The notes under the pieces were generated by a model. That model had not been told where the DNA came from and did no database searches. It worked only from the letters and a program-made list of their open reading frames with translations. Of a DNA stretch of 29,906 nucleotides, positions 6,481-16,249 are shown piece by piece. The position numbers were made by a program, and so were the translations under genes. Numbering within the stretch: position 1 is the stretch's first letter; each line of letters begins with the position of its first letter. This stretch comes from a virus (lineage: Duplodnaviria; Caudoviricetes): the IMG/VR virus record IMGVR_UViG_3300037755_000609, positions 1-29,906 of that record; one strand, written 5' to 3'.

Positions 6481-6732
6481 ATGAAAACAAACAAATTAAA
6501 ACAGAAATTATGGATAGATGTTTATACTAAAAAAATAAATAAAGAAAGTATAGAAAAATCAATTAAAATTGCTGATTATTCCGTTCGAGAATTTACAAAA
6601 AGATTTGAAACATCCGTCATATCAAAAAAAAGTGAGCCAAATAATAGAGATCTAATAAAAAATAATTATACTAAATGTGATTCTGAATTCTTAGATAGAA
6701 TCAAACTGGGTATAAAAAACATGGACTTTTAA
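6481..6732 (+). CDS. Hypothetical protein
   Basis: ORF track. Confidence 0.55.
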   Translation: MKTNKLKQKLWIDVYTKKINKESIEKSIKIADYSVREFTKRFETSVISKKSEPNNRDLIKNNYTKCDSEFLDRIKLGIKNMDF

Positions 6733-6905
6733 CCACTTTCAAATTGCCTACCAGCTATCCGGCCATGTTTTTTATTCCGTGTTAAGCGCAGTTATTCATT
6801 TAGTTATCTTTAATTCTTTATCAAAAGCATGTTTAAAAAAGAAAAAACAGAATTATCCAAAGAAATAATAAGTTTATGCGACAGTTGTTTTAATATTATT
6901 TAATT

Positions 6906-7400
6906 ATGGCAGCACCAAAAGGAAATAAATTTGCAATAGGTAATTCAGGGAGACAAAAATATTTTGAAAACCCAGAACAATTGGAATCGTTCATAAATGA
7001 TTATTTCAATTATATTGATGACCACCCAATAAAAATGTGGCATACTCAAATAGATAGAAAAGAAGGAAAACCTATTGAAATAGAAATCAAAAGACCATAT
7101 ACTATTGAAGGTTTAGCCGTTCATTTAGAAGTGGACAGGAGAACACTCTTAAATTACGAAAAAACAGATGGTTATGAAGAGTTTTTTCGCATAATTACAC
7201 AGGCGAAAGCTAAAATAAGGCAATCACAAATTGAGGCTGCTTTAACAGGAGTAGGAAAAGAAAAGTTTACAGAGTTTTTACTAATTAATAATTCAGACTA
7301 CAAATCAACTGCTAAAATTGATTTAAATATCAACGATAAAAGAAAACAAATAAGCGATTTATTCCCTGATGATGATGAATTAAATGAAGAAGAAAATTAA
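6906..7400 (+). CDS. terS: Terminase small subunit (P22 gp3-like DNA packaging family)
   Basis: MAAPKGNKFA...PEQL...YF...PYTIEGLA.HL; overlaps the large subunit start. Confidence 0.88.
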   Translation: MAAPKGNKFAIGNSGRQKYFENPEQLESFINDYFNYIDDHPIKMWHTQIDRKEGKPIEIEIKRPYTIEGLAVHLEVDRRTLLNYEKTDGYEEFFRIITQAKAKIRQSQIEAALTGVGKEKFTEFLLINNSDYKSTAKIDLNINDKRKQISDLFPDDDELNEEEN

Positions 7401-8562
7401 CCCTAACTTTCGATGTTTAGTTACTTCATATAACAATAAAAAATCAGGTGTTTTGCTTAAAGGTGGCTCCCGGTCAGGAAAAACTTGGGCAAGTATTTAT
7501 TTTCTAATATGGTTATGTTCAAAAAAGGAAAATAATGCAGTCATAAACATTGTCAAAGAAACCTATAACAATTTTAAGACAACCCTTTATAACGACTTCA
7601 ATCAATGCCTTCCAATGTGGGGGCTTTCCTCACCATTCCAAGACGTAAAAGAAGTCGCCAGTTTTAATCTATTAGGCAATAAAATAAATTTATTAGGGGC
7701 TGACAAACCCAGTAAGTTCCTAGGGGCTGGAAGTGATTATGTTTGGTTTAATGAAATGAACCATATTTCAAAAGAGATTTTTGATGAATCGGAAATGAGA
7801 TGTTCAAAAATGTGGTGGGGTGATTTTAACCCCGATTTGGATGAAAACCATTTTATCAATAAAAACATAAGTAACAGGCCCGATGTTAAAATAAAGCATA
7901 CAACTTTTTTGAACAACCCTTTTGCGCCTGAACAACAAAAAAAGAAAATACTTTCCTACGATCCCTCAAATCCTGTAAACATAATGAATGGTACGGCTGA
8001 TCCTTATAAATGGTCTGTTTACGGATTAGGAATAATGTCAAAAAGGGAAGGGGTAATTTATGATAATTGGAGGGAATATGATGATTTGCCTGATTGTAAA
8101 TTATATAAAATATTTGGAATGGATTTTGGTTTTGAAAACGATCCTACTGTACTTTTAGAATTGAACATAAATAGAAAGACAATGCAATGTTATGTTTATG
8201 AACACATTTATGAGACAAAATTAGGCACATCAGAAATGATTGATAAAATGAAGGAAATTGTTGGTAAGCATTATTGCATTATTGACAATTCGCACCCTCA
8301 TATAAGGTTTGACATGATAAAGGCTGGTATACAAGCTATTAAAGCGACAAAAGGAAAAATAGAAGATGACATACAAGTTGTGAAAAAATTCAATTTAATA
8401 GTTCATAAAACAGCTTCAAATGTACAGGGTGAATTAAATAAATACGTATGGGAAAAAGATGTTAATGGAAGGCCATTAAATAAAGCTATTGATAAACATA
8501 ATCACGGAATGGATGCTATTAAATACCCTTTAACTTGGTACAATAGAATGTATGTAAAATGA
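7384..8562 (+). CDS. terL: Terminase large subunit (PBSX/Terminase_3-like)
   Basis: Walker A GGSRSGKT, Walker B WFNE, DFNP, nuclease motifs GMDFGFENDP and HGMDAIKY. Confidence 0.95.
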   Translation: MKKKINPNFRCLVTSYNNKKSGVLLKGGSRSGKTWASIYFLIWLCSKKENNAVINIVKETYNNFKTTLYNDFNQCLPMWGLSSPFQDVKEVASFNLLGNKINLLGADKPSKFLGAGSDYVWFNEMNHISKEIFDESEMRCSKMWWGDFNPDLDENHFINKNISNRPDVKIKHTTFLNNPFAPEQQKKKILSYDPSNPVNIMNGTADPYKWSVYGLGIMSKREGVIYDNWREYDDLPDCKLYKIFGMDFGFENDPTVLLELNINRKTMQCYVYEHIYETKLGTSEMIDKMKEIVGKHYCIIDNSHPHIRFDMIKAGIQAIKATKGKIEDDIQVVKKFNLIVHKTASNVQGELNKYVWEKDVNGRPLNKAIDKHNHGMDAIKYPLTWYNRMYVK

Positions 8563-9233
8563 TAAAAATTCAAATAAAAACTGATAAAGCAACTAAGGTA
8601 ATTGATTTGCCTCGGGTTGATGAATTGAATTTAAAGCAATATTTCAATTTATTAAACTATATCAAAAAAAATGATATTAAAGAAATAAACCCTATTCATT
8701 ATGTCTCATTCATAACAAAGTATAGTTACGACAACATCTTTAATTCATTAATTGATAATGAAGAAGCTTTATATAGTGCAATAGGTGGATTTGTAGATGT
8801 TGAAAAAGAAAAAACACCAAAATTTTTCATGGGGCAAATAATCGAAAAACCTATTTGGACATTTGGATATAGGTATATTATTAACATGTACACTCAAAAA
8901 AAAGACCTTAGTTATTATGAAATGTATCACTTCATTGCAGCTTTGATGTTAAGTAAATCACATGATTTAACGCAAATAAAGCGTTATCAAAACAAATTAT
9001 TAAACGAAAATTATATTAAAGTATTAACAACCGGACGGTTTTTTTTTACGAGTTTGAATCGTGGACAAAGAGGCGTTATGAGGTTATTAAGCAGACGGAA
9101 GAAAACAATTTTACTGATCCTAAAGAAGAAACGCACAGGGAACAAGCTAACCAAAAATTATTACATCATTATTCAATGGAGTATGAAATTAAAACACTTT
9201 GCAGTATATTTAATTGCTCGTTTGAAGAATTAA
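8559..9233 (+). CDS. Putative tail assembly chaperone-like protein (0-frame product)
   Basis: Slippery CGG TTT TTT TTT at 9036-9047 with an overlapping open -1 frame. Confidence 0.55.
   Translation: MIKIQIKTDKATKVIDLPRVDELNLKQYFNLLNYIKKNDIKEINPIHYVSFITKYSYDNIFNSLIDNEEALYSAIGGFVDVEKEKTPKFFMGQIIEKPIWTFGYRYIINMYTQKKDLSYYEMYHFIAALMLSKSHDLTQIKRYQNKLLNENYIKVLTTGRFFFTSLNRGQRGVMRLLSRRKKTILLILKKKRTGNKLTKNYYIIIQWSMKLKHFAVYLIARLKN
9036..9049 (+). other. Candidate -1 ribosomal frameshift site (T9)
   Basis: -1 frame is open 9020-9358 and reads YEFESWTKRRYEVIKQTEENNF... into the ORF at 9176. Confidence 0.65.
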
Positions 9234-9358
9234 TTGAATATCAAGATATGGTTTGTTTAAAATTTTTGCTTTCTAACATGGAATATACTAATTTTGAAAA
9301 CAGGTTAGCTTATATAAAAAGGAAAGATGCTGAAAGACATAATAGAAGGCGCAATTAA
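9047..9358 (+). CDS. -1 frame extension of the 8559 gene (includes track ORF 9176..9358)
   Basis: No ATG before 9176, but the frame is open and protein-like from the slippery site. Confidence 0.6.
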   Translation, partial: YEFESWTKRRYEVIKQTEENNFTDPKEETHREQANQKLLHHYSMEYEIKTLCSIFNCSFEELIEYQDMVCLKFLLSNMEYTNFENRLAYIKRKDAERHNRRRN

Positions 9359-9785
9359 CAGTTTAAATGATGATACGCTAAAGTTTTATCATAAAAGTTT
9401 AGAAGATGTTAACATTGATGCTTTTGAAGAAAGTGACATTAATACAACTTTAATAGTATTAAACCACCTACCAACTTACCAGTTTACTTTAAATTCTGAG
9501 TTCACAAAATATTCTATCAATAATTTTCAATTAAGGGTAGTCAAATTAGACGATCATTTTAATGACACGCAACAAAGTCAAGATCAAGTAGATGATTCAA
9601 GAGTTTTAATTAATAAAATAATTGATTTGTCTGCACGTAATTATTTAGTTGAAATATTACAAGGAGAAAGAATAACAGTTAATATTGTTCCGGAATACAA
9701 CATTTTCGGCAGTAATTATACAGGGGTTGTTGCGACTGTGAGTAATTTCAGGATAAGGGAAACACCATATTTAATTTGTGAATAA
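9327..9785 (+). CDS. Putative tail terminator/neck protein
   Basis: Size, acidic alpha/beta pattern and position in the morphogenesis operon; inference. Confidence 0.45.
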   Translation: MLKDIIEGAINSLNDDTLKFYHKSLEDVNIDAFEESDINTTLIVLNHLPTYQFTLNSEFTKYSINNFQLRVVKLDDHFNDTQQSQDQVDDSRVLINKIIDLSARNYLVEILQGERITVNIVPEYNIFGSNYTGVVATVSNFRIRETPYLICE

Positions 9786-10261
9786 TGGAAACAACGAGGC
9801 AAATTACAGAATCTGAATTAAAAACCTTCATTGATTCAATAAAAAAAACAATGTCGGATAAGAAAATTAATGCAACTGGCAAAACATCTAACAGTTTAAG
9901 AAGCGAGGTCCAGGAAAGTGATAATAAAGTAAAAGGAACTGTGTACGGGGATGAAGTTTTAGAATTTTTAAATACAGGACGTGGAGATGGTGGAATTCCT
10001 CCTTTTGATAATATTATAAAATGGGTTAAAGATAAACCTATATCAAGCGGGGAAGATGCTGATTCTGTTGGTGTAAGAGTAGCACTAAAAATATCAAACG
10101 AAGGCACAGAAATTTTTAAAGACAATTCAAAAGGGATAGAGCTTTCAAAAAAAGTTGAAACATTAAGAAGCAACCTCAACCAAAAATTACCTAATGCAAT
10201 AAAACTTGATGTAGAACAGGGGTTAGATAAATTCATTAAAGCACATTTTAATAACATATAA
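9785..10261 (+). CDS. Putative tail-completion/neck protein
   Basis: 'ATGKTSNSLR...GRG..GIPP...I.KWVK.K...VALKIS.EGT' pattern typical of this phage family. Confidence 0.6.
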   Translation: METTRQITESELKTFIDSIKKTMSDKKINATGKTSNSLRSEVQESDNKVKGTVYGDEVLEFLNTGRGDGGIPPFDNIIKWVKDKPISSGEDADSVGVRVALKISNEGTEIFKDNSKGIELSKKVETLRSNLNQKLPNAIKLDVEQGLDKFIKAHFNNI

Positions 10262-10294
10262 ATAAAATTTATAACTTTACTAAAAATATAAAAA

Positions 10295-10663
10295 ATGGCA
10301 CTTACAAATAATGGAACAAAAGTATCTGTTAACAGTAGTAAATTACCAACCGGTTATACGAAACCGACTATAACAGAATTTTCAGATAATGAAGGTAAAT
10401 ATGAGCAAACCCTTACAGTAGCTAAGTCGACTGTAGAAAATGCAACGGCAACAACAACGATGGCTGCAATTGTCACAGCAGTAAACACGGCAATAGGTGT
10501 ACAAGTAACAGCAGATTTTGACGTTGCAACAAACGATGTTACAATTTATAGTGATATAACAGCTATAACAACAAACAATAATTTATCAGGGGTTCTTTTT
10601 ACAAATGGCACATTAAATTATTTAGTAACAGTAGTAACTTATTTTAAAACTGAAACAGCATGA
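10295..10663 (+). CDS. Thr-rich putative structural protein
   Basis: T/A/V-rich, low-Lys composition; late operon position. Confidence 0.55.
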   Translation: MALTNNGTKVSVNSSKLPTGYTKPTITEFSDNEGKYEQTLTVAKSTVENATATTTMAAIVTAVNTAIGVQVTADFDVATNDVTIYSDITAITTNNNLSGVLFTNGTLNYLVTVVTYFKTETA

Positions 10664-11229
10664 TAAAGTTAATAGCAATACTATTATGTTTATTTAGTTT
10701 AAATACATATAGTCAACAAAAGGAAATTGCTTCACGTTATTTAAATTTACTAGGCACTGCTTATGATACAACTTATAACATGAACTATGATTTAAGTGAT
10801 TCAGATCAGGACACAATTAAGTTAACGCCGGGAACAAATGAAGTTTATTATTTACATTCATTAACTGTCAGCATTGAGACAGCGGACACTTTGACTATTG
10901 ACGGGTATGGAGATGGTGCGGCTTTGGATTCTGGTATTTTGGTTCAAATATTTAAAAGAGGTGTATTAAATTATAATTTAACATTCAACGATACCATCTT
11001 TTACAACACATCTTATAAAAATTTAGGATTTAACGAATTATTTAGTTATTACGGACGTGATATAATGAGCGGTGATAATAATCACGTTTCCTATAAGCTT
11101 ATTTTAAACGAACCAGTTATTTTAGATGGGGGGAATAGTGACAGGTTATACATCATATTAAATGATGATTTTTCAGGATTGACCAAACATGTTTTTTTTG
11201 CTGAGTTTACGAAATTGGTATACCTCTAA
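10660..11229 (+). CDS. Exported protein (Sec signal peptide)
   Basis: MIKLIAILLCLFSLNTYS-Q. Confidence 0.7.
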   Translation: MIKLIAILLCLFSLNTYSQQKEIASRYLNLLGTAYDTTYNMNYDLSDSDQDTIKLTPGTNEVYYLHSLTVSIETADTLTIDGYGDGAALDSGILVQIFKRGVLNYNLTFNDTIFYNTSYKNLGFNELFSYYGRDIMSGDNNHVSYKLILNEPVILDGGNSDRLYIILNDDFSGLTKHVFFAEFTKLVYL

Positions 11230-11270
11230 AAAAAGAGGCGGGATTGCATTGCAACATTTTCCCACCTCTT
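11228..11270 (-). terminator. Intrinsic terminator (minus strand, possibly bidirectional)
   Basis: Stem aagaggcggga / tcccacctctt with A7 at 11228-11234; the single mismatch is G-U on the minus strand. Confidence 0.6.
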
Positions 11271-11287
11271 AATAAACAAATGACATG

Positions 11288-11295
11288 CAAATATA
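11288..11295 (-). promoter_or_regulatory. Antisense TAnnTTTG promoter element
   Basis: caaatata on + reads TATATTTG on -; no well-spaced -33 element seen. Confidence 0.4.
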
Positions 11296-11307
11296 ATTAA
11301 TTTTCGT

Positions 11308-14049
11308 ATGTCATTAACTTTAATTTCAAATCCTATTACAACTGACGAATCAGGAAATTTAGTTAACATGTTTCCCGGATTCAAACCGGTTGAATTTATT
11401 TTTAAAAGAGAAGATCAACAAATTACCGGGGTTGATGAAGATGTAAGCGGGAATGTTGAAGTAACAATTGAATCAGTTGATTTAACTTCCTTAATAAATG
11501 TTGGGCAGCCTATTTATTTGTATTCAGAAGGTTCATTATACACTTACGATGTCTCCGCAGAAGTATTAAGCATTAATTTAGTTGGTGGAGATACTATCAT
11601 CGTAATTGATTCCCCTTATTATAGAATCAATACAGGCGGTTACATTAATTACAGGAGAAATTATTTTGTTGAATCCAATTTAATTGACACCTTAAATTCA
11701 GCCCCCCTTTTTAATTATTACCTTACAAATGACGGGGATAATGCTGGAAACATAACTGTTGATATTAATGTAGCAAATGATCTAACCAGCAAGCCATTTA
11801 CATTAGCATCTGGTGCTGAACAAAATGGAAGGGTAAAATTATTATATCAATATAGGGAAGTTTATGAAGGATCAAGTAATTCGTTTACAACAATAACAGA
11901 TGAAATAATAATTTGCTATGCAAGAAATGACTTTCAAATTGAGGAGGTAATAAGTGGTTTAACCGAACCGAAAATTTACAAAGGTTATCCGTTTCCTGTT
12001 GGGATTTATCATACGCAGGAAAATGAATCAGGTAGTGCGCCTAGGATTTTATTTGATGAATTAAACATCAATAAAAATACAATAACAAATAATAATGTTT
12101 TGTTTGGATTTGGAGATGAATATGGTTTTTTAAAATCATTCTATAATTTAACTCCAGGTGATGATGTAAAATATTTGAGTTTTTATCATGACTTTCAACC
12201 TGTTTCAACCGCTGATTCGTTCATCTTCACAATTGTAACAACTTCAAACAACACTAATATTACTTTACCTCTAAATGCAAGTTATAACTATGCGTTTGAT
12301 GTTAATTGGGGTGATGGGTCAGAACAAAAGCTAATAACGACATGGAATGATACCGACAAAACTCATCTCTTTGAAACAGCAGGTACTTATCAAATAACAA
12401 TAACAGGTACATGCCAAGCTTTTTTAGTTGATAACGGGAGTATTAAATCATATATAGACAGTATTGATCAATGGGGGGATATTGATTTAAGGAATGTTAA
12501 TTTTTATGGGTGTAGCAATTTAAATTCAGTTGTCACAGGTATGCCTGCAACACTCGTATCATGTTATCAATTATTCCGGGATTGTTTTGGTTTATTCAGC
12601 ATACCTACTGATTTATTTGAAAACTGTTCTAATGTGACAACGTTTGAAGAGGCATTTAGTTATAATTGTGCTATAACTAGTTTCAGCGCAACCCAATTTA
12701 TTAATTGTTCAAGCGTCACTAACGTCAAAAATATGTTTTACGCGTCCGACATGGGTACACTACCTGCGGGAATGTTTGATGCGATGCCGTTAATTACTGA
12801 TATGGAGGGTTGTTTTTCGTACTGTTTGTTTACTTCGGTTCCGTCTGGATTTTTCGATAATCAACCACTAGTCACAAATATTAAATGGTTGTTTAGAAAT
12901 GCAAACATAACAACAGTACCATCAGGGTTGTTTGATATTTTTTCAAATGTAACCACAATGGAAGGGCTTTTTTACGAATCAAGTATATCATCTCTCCCTG
13001 CAAACATTTTAGATAATTTAACATCCGTTACGAACGGGATTTATTTTTGCAGGAATGCAACTAATTTATCATCCTTACCAAATGAATTATTTAGGTATAA
13101 CTCATTATTAAGCAGTCTAAATTCAGCTTTTTTTGGATGTTCATCATTAACATCAATACCTACAGATTTATTTTTCAACGTACCTTCACTTACTAATTTA
13201 GCAGATGCTTTTAGGTCAAGTGGTTTAACCTCCGTACCGGCTGGTCTCTTTAGTAATTTTACTATTGCATCATGTAACCTTGATAGCATATTCCGAAGTT
13301 GCACTTCTTTAACTACAATTAATCAAATAACTGGAACAACAACATCACTTAGGTTAACGAATGCCTTTAGGGATTGCACTTCTTTAACTACAGTGCCAAA
13401 TAGCACATTTTTAAATGTTGAAATTTATCCGGGTAGGATGTTTCAAGGCTGCACAGGGATAACGTCAGTTAATTCGCCTTTTATTTCTGTTAGTTTTGTT
13501 GCATCAACAAGTGAGGAGCTTCAAGGGTACATCTTTAAAAATTGCACCGCTTTGGCTTCAATAGGCAATTTTATGTTTTCAGGCGTTTCAAATTTTTATG
13601 TATTTGATTATATTTTCGAAAACTGCACTTCATTAACTGATTTATCAAGCTTTGTCTTTGACACTGCAACGGGAAATGCAATAAGAGCAAGAGGAACTTT
13701 CAAAGGTTGTACAGGGTTAACAGATTTTGCAACTAATATTTTTGACGATCATTCAGGTACATTTGCATGGATGGAAGATACGTTTAGCGGATGTACATCA
13801 CTAAATTCTATTCCAGATTTTGAAAACAATTTGAATAAACTTGGTTTATTAATAAGAATTTTTGACGGATGCACAAGTTTAACAGGAAGCTCACATTCGT
13901 TATGGTTAACAGATACAGAAGGACATTCATACGATACCTATACGCTTACAGCACCTAATTATGATAGCGGGGTACCAAATGGGCTTGATTGTTACAGGGG
14001 GTGTACAGGGTTGACAGATTATGCATCAATACCACTTTATTGGAAATGA
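11308..14049 (+). CDS. Tail-associated protein: N-terminal structural domain + PKD-like domain + BspA-type leucine-rich repeats
   Basis: 'DVNWGDGS...HLFETAGTYQITITG' followed by many ~25-aa 'F..C..L.S.P..LF' repeats. Confidence 0.85.
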   Translation: MSLTLISNPITTDESGNLVNMFPGFKPVEFIFKREDQQITGVDEDVSGNVEVTIESVDLTSLINVGQPIYLYSEGSLYTYDVSAEVLSINLVGGDTIIVIDSPYYRINTGGYINYRRNYFVESNLIDTLNSAPLFNYYLTNDGDNAGNITVDINVANDLTSKPFTLASGAEQNGRVKLLYQYREVYEGSSNSFTTITDEIIICYARNDFQIEEVISGLTEPKIYKGYPFPVGIYHTQENESGSAPRILFDELNINKNTITNNNVLFGFGDEYGFLKSFYNLTPGDDVKYLSFYHDFQPVSTADSFIFTIVTTSNNTNITLPLNASYNYAFDVNWGDGSEQKLITTWNDTDKTHLFETAGTYQITITGTCQAFLVDNGSIKSYIDSIDQWGDIDLRNVNFYGCSNLNSVVTGMPATLVSCYQLFRDCFGLFSIPTDLFENCSNVTTFEEAFSYNCAITSFSATQFINCSSVTNVKNMFYASDMGTLPAGMFDAMPLITDMEGCFSYCLFTSVPSGFFDNQPLVTNIKWLFRNANITTVPSGLFDIFSNVTTMEGLFYESSISSLPANILDNLTSVTNGIYFCRNATNLSSLPNELFRYNSLLSSLNSAFFGCSSLTSIPTDLFFNVPSLTNLADAFRSSGLTSVPAGLFSNFTIASCNLDSIFRSCTSLTTINQITGTTTSLRLTNAFRDCTSLTTVPNSTFLNVEIYPGRMFQGCTGITSVNSPFISVSFVASTSEELQGYIFKNCTALASIGNFMFSGVSNFYVFDYIFENCTSLTDLSSFVFDTATGNAIRARGTFKGCTGLTDFATNIFDDHSGTFAWMEDTFSGCTSLNSIPDFENNLNKLGLLIRIFDGCTSLTGSSHSLWLTDTEGHSYDTYTLTAPNYDSGVPNGLDCYRGCTGLTDYASIPLYWK

Positions 14050-14471
14050 TAACAGCAAAAATTATAGAACCAAAAAGTTTCTTAGATATTTCGATTTATG
14101 AATATGAATATTGCCTGTTATGGTATGATGACAAAGGTTTGCCTTCCGTTCATTTATTTGAAGATTTTAATATAAATTTTAATGTCGATTCTGAAAATAT
14201 AAACCTTGAAAGTGATGAAAACATAGGCAATTTGGTTAATGATGAAGTTGATACAATAACTCTTATAGCGCACGATATTAAAAGAAATGATATAAATGTT
14301 TACAGGAGTTTATTTGGCAGTAAATGGGTATACCGGTTATTTCCAATTTCAACAGAATTAGAACCGGCAAAAGTTAGTATTGTTGGGGGGAGGGGAGATT
14401 ATAAAAATAGTCAACAGAGGTTAAATTTTGAAATAAAAATTATACCGGTTAAAAAAGCAATTGAACAATAA
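14046..14471 (+). CDS. Putative distal tail/structural protein
   Basis: ATG14046 overlaps the upstream TGA; 'CLLWYDDKG...LF...SLFGSKWVY'; directly upstream of the tail hub-like gene. Confidence 0.55.
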   Translation: MITAKIIEPKSFLDISIYEYEYCLLWYDDKGLPSVHLFEDFNINFNVDSENINLESDENIGNLVNDEVDTITLIAHDIKRNDINVYRSLFGSKWVYRLFPISTELEPAKVSIVGGRGDYKNSQQRLNFEIKIIPVKKAIEQ

Positions 14472-16249
14472 TGGAAAGGCTTGAATTAGATAATGAAGCT
14501 GTTGAATTAGGCAATAATGTAATTGCGCTTACCAAACAAGCTTATGCTTTCGATAACCCTGAATTTAGGTATCTGGATATTTCAAACAGGATTAATTTAC
14601 CTCAAACGCAAGTAAACAGGTTGAGGACAAAAAATCCAAATTTACTCGGAGGTACAAACCGGCCCTTTGAATCGACCGGTTCAGCAAGGTATTTCAATGA
14701 TACAATTCTTTTTAATGGGGCCTATATAGTTGATGAATCAACAGGGGAGCAAGCTAGCGTACAACTTATTGATAGTGCCAAAATATTTTTTGAGAAACTA
14801 AGGGAAAGTATAAGAAACTTATCATTAGATACTTATGATTTTACTTTTAATGTGACTTCTTATGAAAGTTTAAAAGATTTCAGTAATTCAGTTTGGGTAT
14901 GGCCTGTTATTAGTATGCACATTGATAAATCGGAGGCGAAAACACTAGACCCAGATGCAGGAACAATATTAAATTCACATTTAAGGTATTCCCGCCCTTT
15001 TTTTTCAGTTAAAAGATTGATAGAATTAATATTTGAAAATGAAAACTGGTCGTTAAATTACGAATCAATATTGTTAGATGGGCTTGTATTTAGTTCAAAC
15101 CATGATAAATTTTATCTTCAATCTTACAATAAAACTGTTGATAAAATTATAACTACAACAGGAAATTTAGGGGATTATTCAACGGATGTTAATTTTAACA
15201 ATGGTGTTTCAGTAGCAGCTAGTACCTTTACAATAGATAACACGATAGATACAATTATAAGGGTTCGTGGAAATATAGTTGCAACCGGTGATTTTACTAT
15301 CACATTAAATTACGATTCAGGAAAAACAGTTCAGAATTTTTTTATATCTGAAACCGACACGGAAATAAACATATCAAGTACAGACTTAAAAGACGGCGCA
15401 ACCGGCGTAATTACAATTACGGTAACCGGCTCAGGAACTTTGACATTTGACAATTGTTTGTTATACACATTGATCGATGAAAATAATTTAGGTGATTTAA
15501 GTACGGATCCCATAATCGGATACAACGTTGCAACCTACGACAACATTCAAAATCTTAGTAAGATTGAGTTATTTAAAGTTTGCTATACGTTATTAAACGG
15601 CTATTTAACAACGGACACGTTAAGACAAGAGGTCAACCTTAATTTATTAAATAAATTATCAAAGTTAAATGCAATTAATTGGAGCAATAAGTTTATCAGT
15701 GATAGGGAAAAGCTACCTAAAATAAGTGACAACTTCGGAAACTTTTCAAAGGTTAATTATTTTTCTTATTCAAATGATGAAACTGTAAATGAGTTTTATG
15801 GGCGCGGACGGTTTGACATTGATAACAATAAACTTGAAAAAGAGGGCAATTGGATTGAAATAGCTTTCTCAGCAAGTTATGATACTACGTTATATGGTTA
15901 TGATTTAGCTGTAATGGAAAAATATGCAGACACTATTAAAGCGAATGATTTAAATATACGCTTACTTTATGCTTATAGACCATCCGGGCAAGATTACACT
16001 ATTGCAAGATTTCAGGATTTGCATGGTCAAAGAATACTTGACAATTATTATTTTGATTTGATAGAAAGTTTTAAAAGGTTGAGATATGTCGAGAATGCAA
16101 AGTTTGATTTAAGAAAAGGAGACTTTCTAGGGGTTGATTTTAGCAAGCTTGTTTATATCAAATATTATAATTCATATTTTTACATCTTGAATGTTGAAAA
16201 TTTTGTAACCGGGCGTGAAACAAATTGTAATTTATTAAAGTTTAGGTAA
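14471..16249 (+). CDS. Tail tip/baseplate hub-like structural protein
   Basis: 592 aa next to the tape measure gene; N-terminal 'SNRINLP.T..N' and C-terminal 'DFSKLVYI...YFYI..V.NF' patterns. Confidence 0.65.
   Translation: MERLELDNEAVELGNNVIALTKQAYAFDNPEFRYLDISNRINLPQTQVNRLRTKNPNLLGGTNRPFESTGSARYFNDTILFNGAYIVDESTGEQASVQLIDSAKIFFEKLRESIRNLSLDTYDFTFNVTSYESLKDFSNSVWVWPVISMHIDKSEAKTLDPDAGTILNSHLRYSRPFFSVKRLIELIFENENWSLNYESILLDGLVFSSNHDKFYLQSYNKTVDKIITTTGNLGDYSTDVNFNNGVSVAASTFTIDNTIDTIIRVRGNIVATGDFTITLNYDSGKTVQNFFISETDTEINISSTDLKDGATGVITITVTGSGTLTFDNCLLYTLIDENNLGDLSTDPIIGYNVATYDNIQNLSKIELFKVCYTLLNGYLTTDTLRQEVNLNLLNKLSKLNAINWSNKFISDREKLPKISDNFGNFSKVNYFSYSNDETVNEFYGRGRFDIDNNKLEKEGNWIEIAFSASYDTTLYGYDLAVMEKYADTIKANDLNIRLLYAYRPSGQDYTIARFQDLHGQRILDNYYFDLIESFKRLRYVENAKFDLRKGDFLGVDFSKLVYIKYYNSYFYILNVENFVTGRETNCNLLKFR

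Noticed and set aside
6733-6905. Intergenic gap before terS as a pac site, tRNA or ncRNA
   Set aside because: No cloverleaf, stable hairpin or repeat pattern found by eye
12500-14049. LRR gene as a diversity-generating retroelement target
   Set aside because: No template repeat differing at adenines and no reverse transcriptase seen in the window
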